A stretch of 64,000 nt of DNA, from assembly GCA_027021705.1 (NCBI GenBank), contig JALUTT010000132.1, forward strand, positions 1-64,000, read 5' to 3'. Each line of letters starts with the position of its first letter. Within the stretch, counting starts at the first letter, position 1. Source of the DNA: Anaerolineae bacterium (GTDB lineage Bacteria > Chloroflexota > Anaerolineae > S140-20). Below the pieces are notes generated by a model. That model searched no databases and was not told the DNA's origin. It worked only from the letters and a program-made list of their open reading frames with translations. Positions 19,137 through 29,001 of this stretch are shown here, piece after piece. The position numbers and the translations under genes were made by a program.

Positions 19137-19913
19137 ATGAGACTCGCCTTGCCCGCCGACCTGGCCCCCTGGCTGATCGGAGGTTCCCTCCTGGTCCTGG
19201 TTGCCCTGATCTTCACCGGCATCCAGGGTTTCATCACCTTTCGGCGGGCTCGCTACCACGTGGTGCGGGAGGCTGCTCGGCGGCGGGTTATATGGGCCTT
19301 CTCCTTCGCTATGCCGGTGGGATTGCTTGCGCTGATCCTGATCCTCATCCCCCACACCGGGCCACCCCTTCTCTCCCGTCCTAGGCCGACGCCGATGCCT
19401 AGCCCACAGCCTACTCCCACCTTCACCTCGACGCCGACGGCGACGGCAACGATGACGGCGACGCCGACACCGACCCGCCCCCCGACGGCCACGCCTCCTC
19501 CCATCCCCACCTTTACCCCGACCGCCCAGTTGCCCCAGTCGGCCCGTTCCCCGCTCCCCTCGGCCGTGCCTCCTCCGGCCGATGCCCGTATCATCTTTGA
19601 GACGCTGGCCCTAGGGGTGGACGAAGCGGGCAACCCTGTGGAGCCTGGAGAGAGCTTTGCCGCCGGGACCCATCGCATTTACGTCTTCTTCACCTGGCAG
19701 GGGATCCCCAAGAATGTCCCCTGGACCCATGCTTGGTATCGGGACAACGTCTACCTGGGAGGAGAGACGACCCTCTGGAGTTGGGATGTGGCGGGGCGAG
19801 GTTACCTCTACTTTGTGCCGCCCGACGGGTATCGCCCCGGGGAGTACGAGGTGCAGGTCTTCCTGGGGACCCGACTTCAGTTCCGCAAGCGGTTCACTAT
19901 CGTTGCTGGCTAG
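19137..19913 (+). CDS. Membrane-anchored protein with Pro/Thr linker and C-terminal beta-rich domain
   Basis: Two N-terminal TM helices, PTPT-rich linker, C-terminal WYRD...PGEYEVQVF. Confidence 0.8.
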   Translation: MRLALPADLAPWLIGGSLLVLVALIFTGIQGFITFRRARYHVVREAARRRVIWAFSFAMPVGLLALILILIPHTGPPLLSRPRPTPMPSPQPTPTFTSTPTATATMTATPTPTRPPTATPPPIPTFTPTAQLPQSARSPLPSAVPPPADARIIFETLALGVDEAGNPVEPGESFAAGTHRIYVFFTWQGIPKNVPWTHAWYRDNVYLGGETTLWSWDVAGRGYLYFVPPDGYRPGEYEVQVFLGTRLQFRKRFTIVAG

Positions 19914-20929
19914 GGGCCGACGGGATCGGGAGGCGGGGCCAGGCCGGCGATCAGCAGGTCCAGGGCCACCACGTCGGCCATCTCCCCCGTCTTGATCGCC
20001 AGGTCAGTCTCCAGCAGGTAGCGGTAGATCCGTTCCAGTTGGGCCGTGGAGAAGTTCTGCGCTTGGGCGTAGAGCTTGCGGGCGACGAAAGGATGAAGCC
20101 GCAACCGCCGGGCGATGGCCTCTGTCCGCGCTCCCGCCCCGGTCAGTTCCTTGACCTGGATGAGCAGCCGGAACTGCCGGACGATCATCGCCAGCAGGGC
20201 CAAGGGATGCTGCCCCTCTTCCAGCAATCGGTGGAGCAGTCGGGCGGCCTTCTCCCCATCCCGTCGCCCCAGGGCATCCACCATGGCGAAGATGTTGGCC
20301 TCTTGGGCTGCCGAGACCAACCGTTCCACGTCCTCCGGCTGGATGGCCTCCTCCACCCCTGCGTAGGCCATCAGCTTCTCCAGTTCCTGATCCAACTGCC
20401 GCAGGTCGGGGCCGACGGCTTCGGCCAGGGCGGAAGCGGCCTGAGGGGTGATCGCGCCCCCTTTGCGTTTCACCCGCTGCACGATCCAGCCCTCCAGCCG
20501 GTGGGGAGGGGTGAACCGCTTGATGTAGCCGTGGGGGTGTTGCCGGACCTTCTTCAGGATGGGGTGGTCGTCGCCAAGGGTGCCCCGCTCGACGAAGACC
20601 AAGCGGGTCGTCTCCGGCAGCCGATCCAGGTAGGCGGAGAGGGCTTGGACCTCTTTCTGGCGGGCGGCGGTGAGCCGACTCAAGAGCCCTTCCACGATCA
20701 CCAGCCGGCGGTCAGAGAGGAAGGGCACTGTATCGCAGGCGTCCTGAATCTGGCCCACCGTCACCGAGCGACCATCGAGCACCGAGGTGTTGAGGGCGGC
20801 CATTTCGGGAGGACCCAGACGCTGGCGCAGACTGATCAGAGCTTCGCTGCAACTCAGTTCGTCCTCGCCGTGGAAGATGTAGACGCGGGGGGGAGGGGAT
20901 GTGGGGTCACTGTGCTCTTGAGAACTCAC
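19910..20929 (-). CDS. holA: DNA polymerase III delta subunit
   Basis: VYIFHGED, PFLSDRRLVIV, LDQELEKL and DLAIKTG. Confidence 0.95.
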   Translation of the reverse strand: MSSQEHSDPTSPPPRVYIFHGEDELSCSEALISLRQRLGPPEMAALNTSVLDGRSVTVGQIQDACDTVPFLSDRRLVIVEGLLSRLTAARQKEVQALSAYLDRLPETTRLVFVERGTLGDDHPILKKVRQHPHGYIKRFTPPHRLEGWIVQRVKRKGGAITPQAASALAEAVGPDLRQLDQELEKLMAYAGVEEAIQPEDVERLVSAAQEANIFAMVDALGRRDGEKAARLLHRLLEEGQHPLALLAMIVRQFRLLIQVKELTGAGARTEAIARRLRLHPFVARKLYAQAQNFSTAQLERIYRYLLETDLAIKTGEMADVVALDLLIAGLAPPPDPVGP

Positions 20930-21426
20930 GCCGGTCCCGTCTCCACGAAGTGGATCACGAGGTTTCCCCGCTTCTCGCGGTGAACGCCCCGGATGACCAT
21001 CGAGCCCAGGTCGGCCATCGTCGTCACCCGGGCTTGGAGGAGGGAGCCCAGAGGGCGGGCCAGGACCAGAGCGGCCGTAGCCGCCAGCAGCACGTTGGGC
21101 AGCCGCTCCCAGCGGTCGCGGGGGCGATGTCCTACCGCCAGGACGGCTGCCAGGCCGGCCATCGTACCGGCCGTCACCAGATTGGTGCCGCAGTTGGGAT
21201 GCACGGCCAGGCTGTGTTCCCCCTGGCGCAGCCGTTCCAACGCTTCCTGGGCTGCTGCACGGACCTGCTCGGTCTCCAGGTCACCGTAGAGGTAGAAACC
21301 GTTGAAGGCCGCCCGTCCCACCACCCGGATGGCGTAACCCCTCTCGGTCAACAGGTGGATGGTCGCGTGCTCCAGGGCGTGGTTGCGACGCAGCTGCAGA
21401 ATAGGGGGAAGGTTCAGCAGGTTCAT
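20926..21426 (-). CDS. DUF6391-like protein
   Basis: RRNHALEHATIH and LAVHPNCGTN motifs; overlaps both neighbours by 4 bp. Confidence 0.7.
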   Translation of the reverse strand: MNLLNLPPILQLRRNHALEHATIHLLTERGYAIRVVGRAAFNGFYLYGDLETEQVRAAAQEALERLRQGEHSLAVHPNCGTNLVTAGTMAGLAAVLAVGHRPRDRWERLPNVLLAATAALVLARPLGSLLQARVTTMADLGSMVIRGVHREKRGNLVIHFVETGPA

Positions 21427-22361
21427 TGGGGTGGCATCCTCTCCGCTTCCGATCGGTCCGATCCGTTGTCCGGGGCCGGGCGGGCAACGACGATGAGGCG
21501 GTGGGTGTTGCTGGTGTAGGGCCAGCAGGTGACCAGCGTCAGACGCTCATCGTCCGTGGGCATAATCCACTGGGCGTTCTGGATGCGGACCTCGATGGGC
21601 TCGCCCTTCTCCTTCAGGATGTGGCGCTCTGTCACCTGATAGCGGTAGACCTGCTGACCGGTGTAGAGGTAGATCTCATCACCCGGCTCCAGTTCCACCA
21701 GGTCACGGAAGACCTCTCCGTAGATGTTGTGGTGTCCGTTGAGCACCGTGTTGCCCGGTTCTCCCGGCAGCGCAGAGGTCTTGTGCCAGCCGGCCTCGCG
21801 GGCGTTGGGCACGATCCACGCGCTGACCAATTGCCCATCCACCTCCTTGGTCTCCCACCCCACCGGCACCACCGGCGCATCCAGGTTGATGGCGGGGATC
21901 ACCAAGCGCACGGGGATGAGCGAGGCCGGGTCGGGCGTGGGAGGAGGCGTTGCCGTTGGACCCGGTGTCGCCTCCCCGGCCGACAACAGGGCGGTCTCCG
22001 GCAACACCAGGGGGGGAGGGTCTTGGGAAGCTTCCCCCTTCTGAGGAGAGATGGGTAGCACCGCCGGCTCGACCGGCTCCTGGGATTGCCCAGGGGTCGG
22101 TGAGGCCGTGGGCGCCAGCGTGGGGACGGGAGAGGAGAGGGTGGGAAGGGAGACCACAGCCGGGGCCATGGTTGGGGGCAACGTGGCGACGAACTCCAAT
22201 GCCTCGGCCTCTTCCGACACCCGGATGAGGTCCCGGAGGATGGGGTAGGCCATCAGGCCCCCGATGAGCATCATCAGCACGCCTCCCCACGTCAGCAGGG
22301 TGGCCAACCACTTCAAGGGAGGCTCTTCCGAGGAGCGAGAACGTTCCAGATCCATCGTCAC
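21423..22361 (-). CDS. Sortase
   Basis: N-terminal TM, Pro-rich linker, RLVIPAI, GNTVLNGHHN, catalytic LTLVTCWP and HRLIVVA. Confidence 0.93.
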   Translation of the reverse strand: MTMDLERSRSSEEPPLKWLATLLTWGGVLMMLIGGLMAYPILRDLIRVSEEAEALEFVATLPPTMAPAVVSLPTLSSPVPTLAPTASPTPGQSQEPVEPAVLPISPQKGEASQDPPPLVLPETALLSAGEATPGPTATPPPTPDPASLIPVRLVIPAINLDAPVVPVGWETKEVDGQLVSAWIVPNAREAGWHKTSALPGEPGNTVLNGHHNIYGEVFRDLVELEPGDEIYLYTGQQVYRYQVTERHILKEKGEPIEVRIQNAQWIMPTDDERLTLVTCWPYTSNTHRLIVVARPAPDNGSDRSEAERMPPQ

Positions 22362-22397
22362 CTACCAACAGTCACTCGTCACCTGCCAACAGTCACT
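22356..22397. repeat. 21-bp tandem duplication at the sortase start
   Basis: CGTCACCTACCAACAGTCACT / CGTCACCTGCCAACAGTCACT. Confidence 0.8.
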
Positions 22398-22413
22398 CAC
22401 CTGGTGATTACCC

Positions 22414-22537
22414 CGCTTAACCCTGAGATTCCCGAGGTCTAGGAGACGGCCCTGAGAACAGCGTGCTCATCCTCAGGGGCATCCCAGGGGGAAGATCGCC
22501 TCGCGGAGGCTCCGGGAAGCGAGGTCCTGATTGAGCG
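22414..22537 (-). repeat. Copy 2 of the diverged ~125-bp element, in the predicted sortase 5' leader
   Basis: Homologous to 17093-17213. Its ends pair (CGCTTAACC / GATTGAGCG). Confidence 0.75.
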
Positions 22538-22571
22538 TTGTCCAACTGTGGGCCTCCGAGGTCTCTCACTG

Positions 22572-22600
22572 ATTATACACGAGTTTCGAGAAGTGCACAA
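22572..22600 (-). promoter_or_regulatory. Putative sigma70 promoter of the sortase-DUF6391-holA operon
   Basis: TTGTGC-17 bp-TATAAT on the minus strand. Confidence 0.55.
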
Positions 22601-24110
22601 CCGTCTTTTTGGCCTGGTGATCGGCTTCTTTCCGCTCCTGTTCCTGGTGGTCGGGGGGTGTCGGGGAGGCGGTGTCCCTGAAGCCACCCCCTCGCCCACC
22701 CCTCTTCACTCCTTTCCACCTTCCTTCTTCCTGCCCACTCCCACCCGGGCTGAGGGTTTGTCCGTTGCCGCTGGGGAAGGGGGGGCGGAGGCTATCCCGA
22801 GCTATGAGTTGGGCTGGGAGGTGAATCCGACCTCCGGCCTGGTGACCGGTCAGGCGACCATACGCTACCCGTGGGCAGGGCCTGGGCCGCTGTCCGACCT
22901 GGTCCTGCGCCTCTTTCCCAACGCTCCCGCCTGGGGAGGAGACCTGACGGTCACCCAAGTTCAGGTCAACGGTCATCCCGTCAGCTCCACCTTGGCCGTC
23001 GAGGGCACCGTTCTACGGCTATTCCTCCCGACCCCCCTCCCACCCGGCCGGTCGGTGACGGCGACGATGGCCTTCAGCCTCCAGCTCCCGTCCCTGGGCG
23101 TCGAGGGCAACGGCCAGTTGGGGTATGGAGCGGGGCGGGTGGCTCTGGCCGAGGCCTACCCCATAGTGCCCTGCCGGGGAGGAGCAGGGTGGTGGGAGGT
23201 GTTGGGACCGGCCCACGGCGACGTGACCTGCAACCCGGTGGCCTCTTACCGGGTTCAGATCACCGCGCCGATGACGATGACCTTGCTGACCTCCGGGCGC
23301 TGTGATCCGCCCGTTCCCCTCGACGGAGGTGTGCAACGCTGGTCCTGTACCGCCGGTCCGGTGCGGGACTTCGCCGCCTTCCTAGGGGCCGACTACCGGG
23401 TGGTGACCACCAGCCTTGGTGGGATCACGGTGCGCAGCGCCAGCCTGCCGGGGGACGAAGCGGGGGGCCGGGAGGCGTTGGACTATGCCGCATATGCCTT
23501 GGCTCTCTTCCAGCGCCGCTTCGGTCCCTACCCCTACACCGAGTTGGATGTGGTGGAGGGGTCGCTGGATCGAGCCGGGATGGAATACCCCGGCCTGGTG
23601 CTCATCCAGACGGCCTACTACGGCGAGAAGCGAGAAGGGCTGGAACCGGTCGTCGTCCACGAGGTGGCCCACCAGTGGTGGTACGGCCTGGTGGGGAACG
23701 ATCAGGTTAACGCCCCCTGGCTGGACGAAGCGCTGGCCGAGTTCAGCACCCTGCTCTACTACGAGGACCGCTATGGAGAGGCAGAGGCCAGCCTGATCGA
23801 GGAAGGGTGGAGGCAGAGCTACGAGGCGGTGGTGGCGGCGGGAAAGGACGGGCCCGCAGGGCTCCCGGTGGATGCCTACTCCCCGGAACTGTATGGCCCT
23901 CTGGTCTACCGCAAGGGGGCGCTCTTCCTGGTGGCGCTGCGCGAGGCGATGGGGGACGACGCCTTCGAGGCCATGCTGCGCCAGTACCTGGCTCAACACC
24001 GGTATGGCCTGGCCACTCCCGAGGACTTTCGGACCCTGGTCGAGGGAAGGGGAGGGGCGGCAGCCGGCGCCCTCTACGAAGCCTGGATCCTGGGGACCCG
24101 TCACCCTTGA
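22593..24110 (+). CDS. M1 family aminopeptidase, probable lipoprotein
   Basis: Signal peptide ending [18 protein letters not shown]...WLDEALAE and YRKGA. Start uncertain. Confidence 0.9.
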   Translation: MHNRLFGLVIGFFPLLFLVVGGCRGGGVPEATPSPTPLHSFPPSFFLPTPTRAEGLSVAAGEGGAEAIPSYELGWEVNPTSGLVTGQATIRYPWAGPGPLSDLVLRLFPNAPAWGGDLTVTQVQVNGHPVSSTLAVEGTVLRLFLPTPLPPGRSVTATMAFSLQLPSLGVEGNGQLGYGAGRVALAEAYPIVPCRGGAGWWEVLGPAHGDVTCNPVASYRVQITAPMTMTLLTSGRCDPPVPLDGGVQRWSCTAGPVRDFAAFLGADYRVVTTSLGGITVRSASLPGDEAGGREALDYAAYALALFQRRFGPYPYTELDVVEGSLDRAGMEYPGLVLIQTAYYGEKREGLEPVVVHEVAHQWWYGLVGNDQVNAPWLDEALAEFSTLLYYEDRYGEAEASLIEEGWRQSYEAVVAAGKDGPAGLPVDAYSPELYGPLVYRKGALFLVALREAMGDDAFEAMLRQYLAQHRYGLATPEDFRTLVEGRGGAAAGALYEAWILGTRHP

Positions 24111-24111
24111 G

Positions 24112-24207
24112 ACCCTCCCGCGGGTTCCCCCACACCCTGAAGCGCCTCCTAGGCCGCCCCCCATCAGCCGTTGCTGCCGCCGAGCACCGCGCGACCTGCG
24201 GGAGGGC
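24112..24207. repeat. Type-A palindromic cassette
   Basis: ACCCTCCCGCGGGT ... ACCTGCGGGAGGG, with interior CCTGAAGCGCCTC shared with other copies. Confidence 0.85.
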
Positions 24208-24217
24208 GACACGGCAT

Positions 24218-24246
24218 TTGACTTCCTCCCCACTCAGTGATACACT
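24218..24246 (+). promoter_or_regulatory. Putative sigma70 promoter
   Basis: TTGACT-17 bp-TACACT. Confidence 0.6.
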
Positions 24247-24254
24247 CCAATTGT

Positions 24255-24334
24255 GCTTCACGCCTTACGTTTCACGCCTTACGTTTCACGCCTTACGCTT
24301 CACACCTTACGTTTCACACCTTACGCTTCATGCC
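24255..24334. repeat. 14-bp tandem repeat GYTTCACRCCTTAC x5.7
   Basis: Five full units at 24255-24324 plus a partial unit. Confidence 0.92.
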
Positions 24335-24355
24335 GCCCTTCACGAGGAACCGCCT

Positions 24356-24586
24356 ATGCCCATAGAAGTCTACCTAGACGATGTCGTGCGGCTGCGCAAG
24401 CCCCATCCCTGCGGGGGATACGAGTGGCGCGTCGTCCGCGTAGGGGCCGACATCGGGCTCAAGTGCACTACCTGTGGCCGGCGCATCTTGCTTCCCCGCC
24501 GTCAGTTTGAGAAGCGGCTCAAGACCTTCGTCCATCGGGCCCGCTCTCCCTCCCTGGATGCCTTCGATGAGGAGGACCTGTCGTAG
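24356..24586 (+). CDS. DUF951 family protein
   Basis: [12 protein letters not shown]...[15 protein letters not shown]...FEKRLK. Confidence 0.9.
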   Translation: MPIEVYLDDVVRLRKPHPCGGYEWRVVRVGADIGLKCTTCGRRILLPRRQFEKRLKTFVHRARSPSLDAFDEEDLS

Positions 24587-24588
24587 CG

Positions 24589-25740
24589 ATGCCCCAGTCC
24601 ATGCTGCTCCGGCTCCTGGAACAGGCCAACCCCGCTCAGGCCATCCTGAAGAAGGGTCCTCGCACCGACCTGGGCATCGCCGACACCGTTCCTTTCCCCT
24701 TCCTGGCCTTGGTGGACCAAGTGGAGATGAAGAAAGCCCTCATCCTGGCCCTCATCAATCCACGTGTCGGTGGGGTGCTGCTCATCGGCCCTCGGGGCAC
24801 GGGGAAGACGACGGCGGTGCGCGGCCTGGTTGAACTCCTGCCGACGGTCCGGCGCAGTCTCTGTCCCTACGGCTGCACCGAGGAAGCTGCCGAGGCGTGG
24901 GGGATGGACGGCATCTGCAGCGATTGCGCCGTCAAGATGGGGATGGGAGAGCCCCTCACCGCCCCCGATCGGATGCGCCTCATCGAGCTCCCCCTGAACG
25001 CCCGGCTGGAGGATGTCGTTGGTGGGGTGGATGAGCGGGTCGCTCTGGAGCAGCAGAAGGTCCGGCTTTCCCAGGGCATCCTGGCGCGAGCCGACCAGAA
25101 CCTCCTTTACGTAGACGAGGTGAACCTGCTGGACGAGGCCATCATCAACGCCCTGCTGGATGCAGCGGCGCAGGGCCAGTACACCGTCCGCCGAGGGCCG
25201 ATGGTCAGCACCTATCGCTCTCGCATCGTTTTGGTGGGCTCGATGAACCCGGAGGAGGGGCCGCTGCGGGCGCAGATCCTGGACCGCTTTGGCCTGCGGG
25301 TGGTGGTGCGGGGGCTGCGCAACCTCAAGAAGCGGTTGCTGGTCGCCCAGCGGGTCCAGGCTTATCAGGCCAATCCCTATGCCTTCTCTGCCGCTTACGC
25401 CCAGGCGACGGCCGAGGCGGCGGCCGAGTTGGCCCAGGCCCGGAGGCGGCTGCCCCGGGTCCGGCTGACGCGCGAGGCCGAGAGGACGGCCCTGGCCTTG
25501 ATCCAGGAGTTGGGCATTGAGACCCACCGGGCCGAACTCGTCCTCTTCGAGGCTGCTCGGGCCCACGCTGCGGCCGACGATCGGGAGAGGGCCGGTGTGA
25601 GCGACGTGCGGGCTGTTGCTCCGATGGTCCTGCGCCAGCGCCGTTCCCAGTTCATCGCCGACTACCTGGCCGCCGCCGACCGGGAGGATGCCCGCATCCA
25701 GGAAGCAATAGAGAAAACGCGGCGGGCGAGGAAGCGATGA
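24589..25740 (+). CDS. Magnesium chelatase subunit I-like AAA+ ATPase
   Basis: GPRGTGKT, LYVDEVNLL and SMNPEEGPLRAQILDRFG. Confidence 0.9.
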   Translation: MPQSMLLRLLEQANPAQAILKKGPRTDLGIADTVPFPFLALVDQVEMKKALILALINPRVGGVLLIGPRGTGKTTAVRGLVELLPTVRRSLCPYGCTEEAAEAWGMDGICSDCAVKMGMGEPLTAPDRMRLIELPLNARLEDVVGGVDERVALEQQKVRLSQGILARADQNLLYVDEVNLLDEAIINALLDAAAQGQYTVRRGPMVSTYRSRIVLVGSMNPEEGPLRAQILDRFGLRVVVRGLRNLKKRLLVAQRVQAYQANPYAFSAAYAQATAEAAAELAQARRRLPRVRLTREAERTALALIQELGIETHRAELVLFEAARAHAAADDRERAGVSDVRAVAPMVLRQRRSQFIADYLAAADREDARIQEAIEKTRRARKR

Positions 25741-25744
25741 GGGA

Positions 25745-25773
25745 TTGCATAAATCCCCCAAACACACTATAAT
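25745..25773 (+). promoter_or_regulatory. Putative sigma70 promoter of the kinase cluster
   Basis: TTGCAT-17 bp-TATAAT. Confidence 0.75.
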
Positions 25774-25808
25774 TAGAGGCGACGAGCAACGATCAGGGGC
25801 ACGATGCG

Positions 25809-27896
25809 ATGAAAGACTCTTTAGAAACCCGCCACATCACGGACGAGTCGCAAGGGGGGACGGCTCCGGCAGAGGGGTTGGAAACCCGACGGATAGGCAG
25901 CGGCTCCGCGCCTGCATCCGACGATAAGTCCACACGGCAGATTGCAGGTCCGCCGGCCACACCCCCGACTACGGCTCCTGCCGCAGAGGCCCCCCGGCCT
26001 ATCACCCCCCCCCCCACCACCACACCAACGGAAGGCACTCTGCCCCGAGGGACCGTGCTTCAGGGCCGTTATCAGATCCTCGGCATCCTGGGTATGGGGG
26101 GGATGAGCTCCGTCTACAAGGCTCGGGATCTCCGCTTCCCCGAGGTGGAGAAGCTCTGCGCCATCAAAGAGATGATCAACCTGGCTCCCGACCCCCAGAT
26201 CCGGGCCACGATGATCCGCAACTTCGAGCGGGAGGCCAACATCCTGGCGACCCTCAACCACCCCGCTGTGCCCAAGGTGTACGACTACTTTACCGAGGGA
26301 GATCGCAGCTACCTGGTGCTGGAGTTCATTGAGGGGCAGGACCTGGAGGAGGTGCTCTCGGAGGTTCCCGAGGGGGAGTTCCTGCCCGAAAAGCAAGTGC
26401 TGGAGTGGGCGATTCAGCTCTGCGATGTCCTGATCTACCTGCACGGCCACAAGCCTCAGCCCATTGTCTTCCGCGACCTCAAACCGTCCAACATTATGCT
26501 GGACAGCCACGGGCGGATCCGGCTCATTGACTTTGGCATCGCCAAGGTCTTCCAGAGTGGCCAGAAGGGGACGATGATCGGCACCGAGGGGTACTCGCCC
26601 CCGGAGCAGTATCGGGGCAGTGCGGAGCCCCGGGGGGACATCTATGCCCTAGGTGCGACGCTGCACCATCTTCTGACCAAGCAGGATCCCCGTTTGGAAC
26701 CTCCCTTCTCCTTCCAAGAGCGCCCGGTCCGCCAGGCCAACCCATCGGTCTCGCCCGAGTTCGAGGCGGTGATCATGAAAGCCCTGGAGTACGATGCGGA
26801 GAAGCGGTATGGTTCCGCTGAGGAGATGAAGCACGCCCTGCTTGGTGTCGGGCGACGGATCGGGTATCGCCGTCCCGGGGCCGGTCCGGCGGCGGGTGTG
26901 GTGCTGACCGGCGAGACCGATCTGGAGGCCAGCGAGACGATGGCCCTCTGGCGGTTTGCCTGTGAGGATGAGGTCCGTTCCTCGCCCACGGTGGCGGATG
27001 GCATCCTCTACATCGGTTCTTACGATCACAACCTCTACGCTCTGGACGCTGAGACCGGCGAGTTTCTCTGGAAGTATGCTACAGAAGGTGGCATCGCCTC
27101 CTCACCCTACGTAAGCGAGGGGAAGGTGCTGGTGGGGTCTCAGGATCGGGTGCTTTACGCGATTCACGCGCGCACGGGCCGCATCGAGTGGACTTGTCCG
27201 ACCCAAGGGCGGATCTACTCCTCGCCCCGCGTCGAGTTCAATCACGTCTTCTTCGGCTCCGATGACCACCATATGTACGCGGCGAGCCTCCAGACCGGAC
27301 GGGTCGCCTGGAAGGTGGATATGGGAGCTCCCATTCGCTCTTCGGCGGCCATTGCAGAAGGCCAACTCTTCTTCGGCTGTGAGGATGGCTCCGTTGCCTC
27401 ACTGGACATCCGGGGGGAGATGCGCTGGCGTTTCCGGGCCAAGCGGGCGGTCACCTCCTCGCCGGCCCTGGATCAGGAGGAAGGGCTGCTCTTCGTTGGC
27501 TCGATGGACTGGAACATCTATGCGCTGGATGCTCGCTCAGGGTGGGCCGTCTGGCGGTTTCGCACCAGCGGTCCCATCGTCTCCTCACCCGCCATCCATC
27601 AAGGGGTCGTCTACGTTGGGTCGGCCGATGGCCACCTCTACGCCCTCGATGCCCGCAACGGCCGGGTGCTTTGGAAGTATCAGACGGAGGGCCAGGTGAC
27701 CTCGTCGCCGGCTTACTACAACGGCGCGGTCTACTTCGGCGGTGTGGATGGGTGTATCTACAGTCTGGATGCTGAGACGGGAGACCTGCGCTGGCGGGTG
27801 AAGACGGGAGGGCCGGTGACCTCATCCCCCTGCGTTGTCAACGAGGTCGTCTACATCGGCTCTACCGACCGCTATGTCTACGCCCTCCCTGCCTGA
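25809..27896 (+). CDS. Hanks-type Ser/Thr kinase with C-terminal PQQ-like beta-propeller
   Basis: LGMGGMSSVY, AIKE, FRDLKPSN, IDFG and GTEGYSPPE, then about 8 SSP...YALDA..G..W repeats. No TM segment seen. Confidence 0.96.
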   Translation: MKDSLETRHITDESQGGTAPAEGLETRRIGSGSAPASDDKSTRQIAGPPATPPTTAPAAEAPRPITPPPTTTPTEGTLPRGTVLQGRYQILGILGMGGMSSVYKARDLRFPEVEKLCAIKEMINLAPDPQIRATMIRNFEREANILATLNHPAVPKVYDYFTEGDRSYLVLEFIEGQDLEEVLSEVPEGEFLPEKQVLEWAIQLCDVLIYLHGHKPQPIVFRDLKPSNIMLDSHGRIRLIDFGIAKVFQSGQKGTMIGTEGYSPPEQYRGSAEPRGDIYALGATLHHLLTKQDPRLEPPFSFQERPVRQANPSVSPEFEAVIMKALEYDAEKRYGSAEEMKHALLGVGRRIGYRRPGAGPAAGVVLTGETDLEASETMALWRFACEDEVRSSPTVADGILYIGSYDHNLYALDAETGEFLWKYATEGGIASSPYVSEGKVLVGSQDRVLYAIHARTGRIEWTCPTQGRIYSSPRVEFNHVFFGSDDHHMYAASLQTGRVAWKVDMGAPIRSSAAIAEGQLFFGCEDGSVASLDIRGEMRWRFRAKRAVTSSPALDQEEGLLFVGSMDWNIYALDARSGWAVWRFRTSGPIVSSPAIHQGVVYVGSADGHLYALDARNGRVLWKYQTEGQVTSSPAYYNGAVYFGGVDGCIYSLDAETGDLRWRVKTGGPVTSSPCVVNEVVYIGSTDRYVYALPA

Positions 27897-27989
27897 ACGC
27901 GGCGACGGGAGCCGCCGACAGAGGCGTGGGAATCTCCCAGCAGAGTCCGGCATTGCCGGACGACGGCTGACTGCCCGAGGGGATAGAGC

Positions 27990-28934
27990 ATGGGTTTTTT
28001 AGACCGATTGCGCAGGAAGCGCCCGTCCAACGATAAGGTCCGGGCGCAGGAAGAGGTCTCAGAACGGGGGGCACCGTCCAGTGATGCCCTCGCAGGCGCT
28101 GAGGTGCAGCCTTCGGCAGGGCCGCAGGAGGTGGAAAAGGCGTCGTCCGTGATGCGTGTGGGGCGGGCCTCGGACATTGGGCAGGTGCGCACGACCAACC
28201 AGGATGCCCTGGTCACCTTTGTGGCCGAGTACATCGGCGATCACGTGGACGATGCCGGGATGCTCAGCCGGGGGCCTTTTGGCTTCTTCATCGTTGCGGA
28301 TGGGATGGGGGGGCACCAGGCCGGGGAGGTGGCCAGTTCCCTGGCTGCCCGCGTCGTTGCCCACCAGGTCATCGAGACGATCTATCTGCCCTATTTGATG
28401 GGCGAAGGGCCGGAAGCCTTCCAGGATCCCCTCACCGATCTGCTGGGGCGGGCGGTCTCGACGGCCAACCAGGCTGTCCATCAACAAGTGCCCGGGGGCG
28501 GCACGACGCTCACCTGTGCGCTGGTGCTGGGTCATCGGGTCTACATCGCCCACGTGGGGGACAGCCGCGCCTACCTGGTGACAGACCGGCTGCGTCAGTT
28601 GACCCAGGACCACTCTTTCGTGGGACGGTTGGTGGAGCTGGGGGAGCTGTCGCCGGATGAGGCGGCTGTTCATCCCCAGCGCAATGTGCTGTACCGGGCT
28701 GTGGGCCAAGGCGACCACCTGGATGTGGACACCTATTCCCAACTTTTACCGCCGGCCAGTCGGTTGCTTCTGTGCAGTGATGGCTTGTGGGGACACGTGT
28801 CGGAGGAGGAGATCGGCGCGATCATCGCCTCGACGCCCAACCCTCAGAAAGCCTGTGAGCGGTTAATCGAGGCGGCCAACGCGGCCGGCGGTTCGGACAA
28901 CATCACCGTCGTACTGATCGAGATCCCCGACTGA
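27990..28934 (+). CDS. PP2C-family Ser/Thr phosphatase
   Basis: [28 protein letters not shown] and GGSDNIT. Confidence 0.96.
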   Translation: MGFLDRLRRKRPSNDKVRAQEEVSERGAPSSDALAGAEVQPSAGPQEVEKASSVMRVGRASDIGQVRTTNQDALVTFVAEYIGDHVDDAGMLSRGPFGFFIVADGMGGHQAGEVASSLAARVVAHQVIETIYLPYLMGEGPEAFQDPLTDLLGRAVSTANQAVHQQVPGGGTTLTCALVLGHRVYIAHVGDSRAYLVTDRLRQLTQDHSFVGRLVELGELSPDEAAVHPQRNVLYRAVGQGDHLDVDTYSQLLPPASRLLLCSDGLWGHVSEEEIGAIIASTPNPQKACERLIEAANAAGGSDNITVVLIEIPD

Positions 28935-29001
28935 TGCCAGACAGCCGCCTCGCGCCGTCGGGGGAGCCGGTACCGTTGAGGCGTCGTCGAAGGAACCGTG
29001 G

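Noticed and set aside
24255..24334. Possible CRISPR array or iterons
   Set aside because: Contiguous 14-bp units with no spacers and no rep gene.
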